Below are positions 62,214 to 64,000 of a stretch of DNA of 64,000 nucleotides, piece by piece. A model generated the notes under the pieces. It saw only the letters and a program-made list of their open reading frames with translations, ran no database searches and was not told the origin of the DNA. The translations under genes and the position numbers were made by a program. The stretch is from positions 1,022,527 through 1,086,526 of the forward strand of contig MU057880.1 in assembly GCA_013265495.1 (NCBI GenBank), in the 5' to 3' direction. Every line of letters begins with the position of its first letter. Within the stretch, counting starts at the first letter, position 1. This DNA comes from Vicugna vicugna. Lineage: Eukaryota.

Positions 62214-63884
62214 GAGTAAGTGCAATCCAGGAGCTAAAATGCTTGCTGTTACGTTGTTTATCCTCTGGCTGCATTTCTAATTGACAGCTGTCAATCAGGC
62301 AACACTCCTGCGATACCCATCCTCTCTCAGCCACCCACCAGGCAGTTTTAGCTGTCTCGATTTACCGTTAAACAACTCTGGAGTGAAACGACTTCTGGGG
62401 AATGGTATCAAGCAAAATGCACAAACTGCGACAGAGCAACAAGTAGGGACAGGTATTTCAAAAGACACCGTGTACAAATTCTAAACAATTTTGCCCTCGG
62501 TGGAAGTGATTAGAAGTTTTTATGTCCTTTCAGCAGAAAATCAGCGATTAAATGGTAAACCAAGTCCTGTGTGGATTCATGTGTCACCTTTGAGGGGTAT
62601 GACTGGGACGTAACAGAATTAAGTTATCCTCTGGAAAGCTGCCAGTGTGGAGAGGAGGAAGATAGGGTTAGCAAGCTTAGCGCCGTCTGTCTGTCTATCT
62701 GGTATCTAATCTACCTAGCTAGTCTGTTATCTACCTATATATCTGTCATTTATCATCTTACCCAGTAAATACCAGTTGATGGCATTTGTTAAGTGCAAAT
62801 TCTGTCTAGAGCTTAGTATTATTAATCTTGCTGTCCTTGGTTCTCTCAAACTATTGTAAGTGAAGACATTCGAGTTTCAGGCTCATTCCACCCAGATTGA
62901 GCCCACCTAGTTCAAGACAGTGTAAGGGAGCAGTTCTCTGCAGCTGGTGGAGCCAGCGGGTGGGACCTGGAGACTGGACGCGCAGTGTCGCGTTTGGACC
63001 ACCTGCGCGCCCGGAACACCCGTCTCCCCTCGCTTCTTCCCTGCAAACCCACGGCGCATGCTCAGTCATCAGAATGTCTGGCTGCAGAATTCCGGCTTGA
63101 GTTCCCGCCTCCCTGCTGCCGCAGGAGCCCTCCTCTAACCCCTGCTCACTTGTCCGGGATTTAGCTTGCTGTGCCTCCGTGGGGTCAGCCGCACAGGAGA
63201 TTCAGTGCTCTCGGCCCTACCCTGGGAATCCCGGTCTGCGCGATGCCTCTGCTCGGCTCACGGGGGACTACCTGATTCACGCGAGGGCCATCTCCTGTGT
63301 GCCGGAAGGAAGAATGAGTTAGAAAAGTAAAGGAGGCTTGACCCAGTAGCGCCAGTAGGAGATGGAGAGTTGCTGCCCAATTACGCCACTGACGAGACGG
63401 ATAACCTCCGAGCAGTCACTGAAAGGCTCTGGTCCTCCCTTGGAAATGGTAGCGGAGAGCCAGGGGTCTTCAGTCGTTGGAGAGGGCAAGACATTAGGTT
63501 GACTAATTTAGGTAACGAAGTAGGTATAAACGTGGATATTCACTTCTGAGCAACGAGTTGGTACAAATCAAAGAGATACTGACAAGGAGGATGAGTCTCC
63601 TGACCGTTGGGTGCAAAGATGAGCAACGACAGCGGCTGCAGTCCGGACGCGAGGCTGTTGTGTGACAGATGGAAGTCAGCTAGTGTGGTCCAGCGTGTCT
63701 GCAGACAAGCCACTGCCAGAAAGAACACGGCCTTAGTCATGCCCAATTATGAACACATGTTGGCTTTAGACAGGTGTGTCCAACAGACGGACAACACCAG
63801 GCACCTGTGCGGTTTTCCAGGCGCCATATTTAAAAAGGTGAAAAAAACAGGAGAAATTAATTTTAATAATAATTTTATTAAACA

Positions 63885-64000
63885 CCCAGTTTATCCTTCC
63901 ATGTCTCCTTTCCCCCCGGTAACGGTAAGTTCATTTTCTATGTCTGTGAGTCTGTCTCTGTTTTGCAAATAAGTTCACTTGTGTCCATGTTTTTAGATTC
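63885..64000 (-). mobile_element. LINE-1 3'UTR fragment, runs off the window end
   Basis: ttctatgtctgtgagtctgt...aaataagttcacttgtgtc...tttagattc, as in the other minus-strand copies. Confidence 0.8.

Noticed and set aside
278..63972. The many 60-135-aa ORFs in the track
   Set aside because: They are antisense or degenerate L1 pieces or random intronic frames with no recognisable domains.

Overview
Mammalian genomic DNA, most likely camelid (alpaca, llama or camel). This is inferred from five tRNA-Ala-derived SINEs resembling the Vic-1 family. The window holds the 5' part of the relaxin receptor gene RXFP1 (LGR7) on the minus strand: coding exon 1 (59184-59232), exon 2 (32877-33014, LDLa module), exon 3 (9369-9473, linker) and exon 4 (5681-5786, LRR N-cap). 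All introns are GT-AG and the phases are consistent. The spliced 398 nt translate to [132 protein letters not shown](M). I did not find exon 5, which presumably lies before position 1. The rest is intron and upstream DNA rich in interspersed repeats: a young 5'-truncated LINE-1 with an uninterrupted ORF2, older and nested L1s, solo LTRs, SINEs, MIR, L2 and MER elements, and a perfect 44-bp higher-order microsatellite. I found no evidence of a new multi-gene system. The most notable observations are a 2-codon-longer relaxin-binding linker exon, a GC/CpG island confined to the LDLa exon, the higher-order repeat, and several clear retrotransposition or template-switch scars. Repeat family names and human comparisons come from memory and were not checked by a search.
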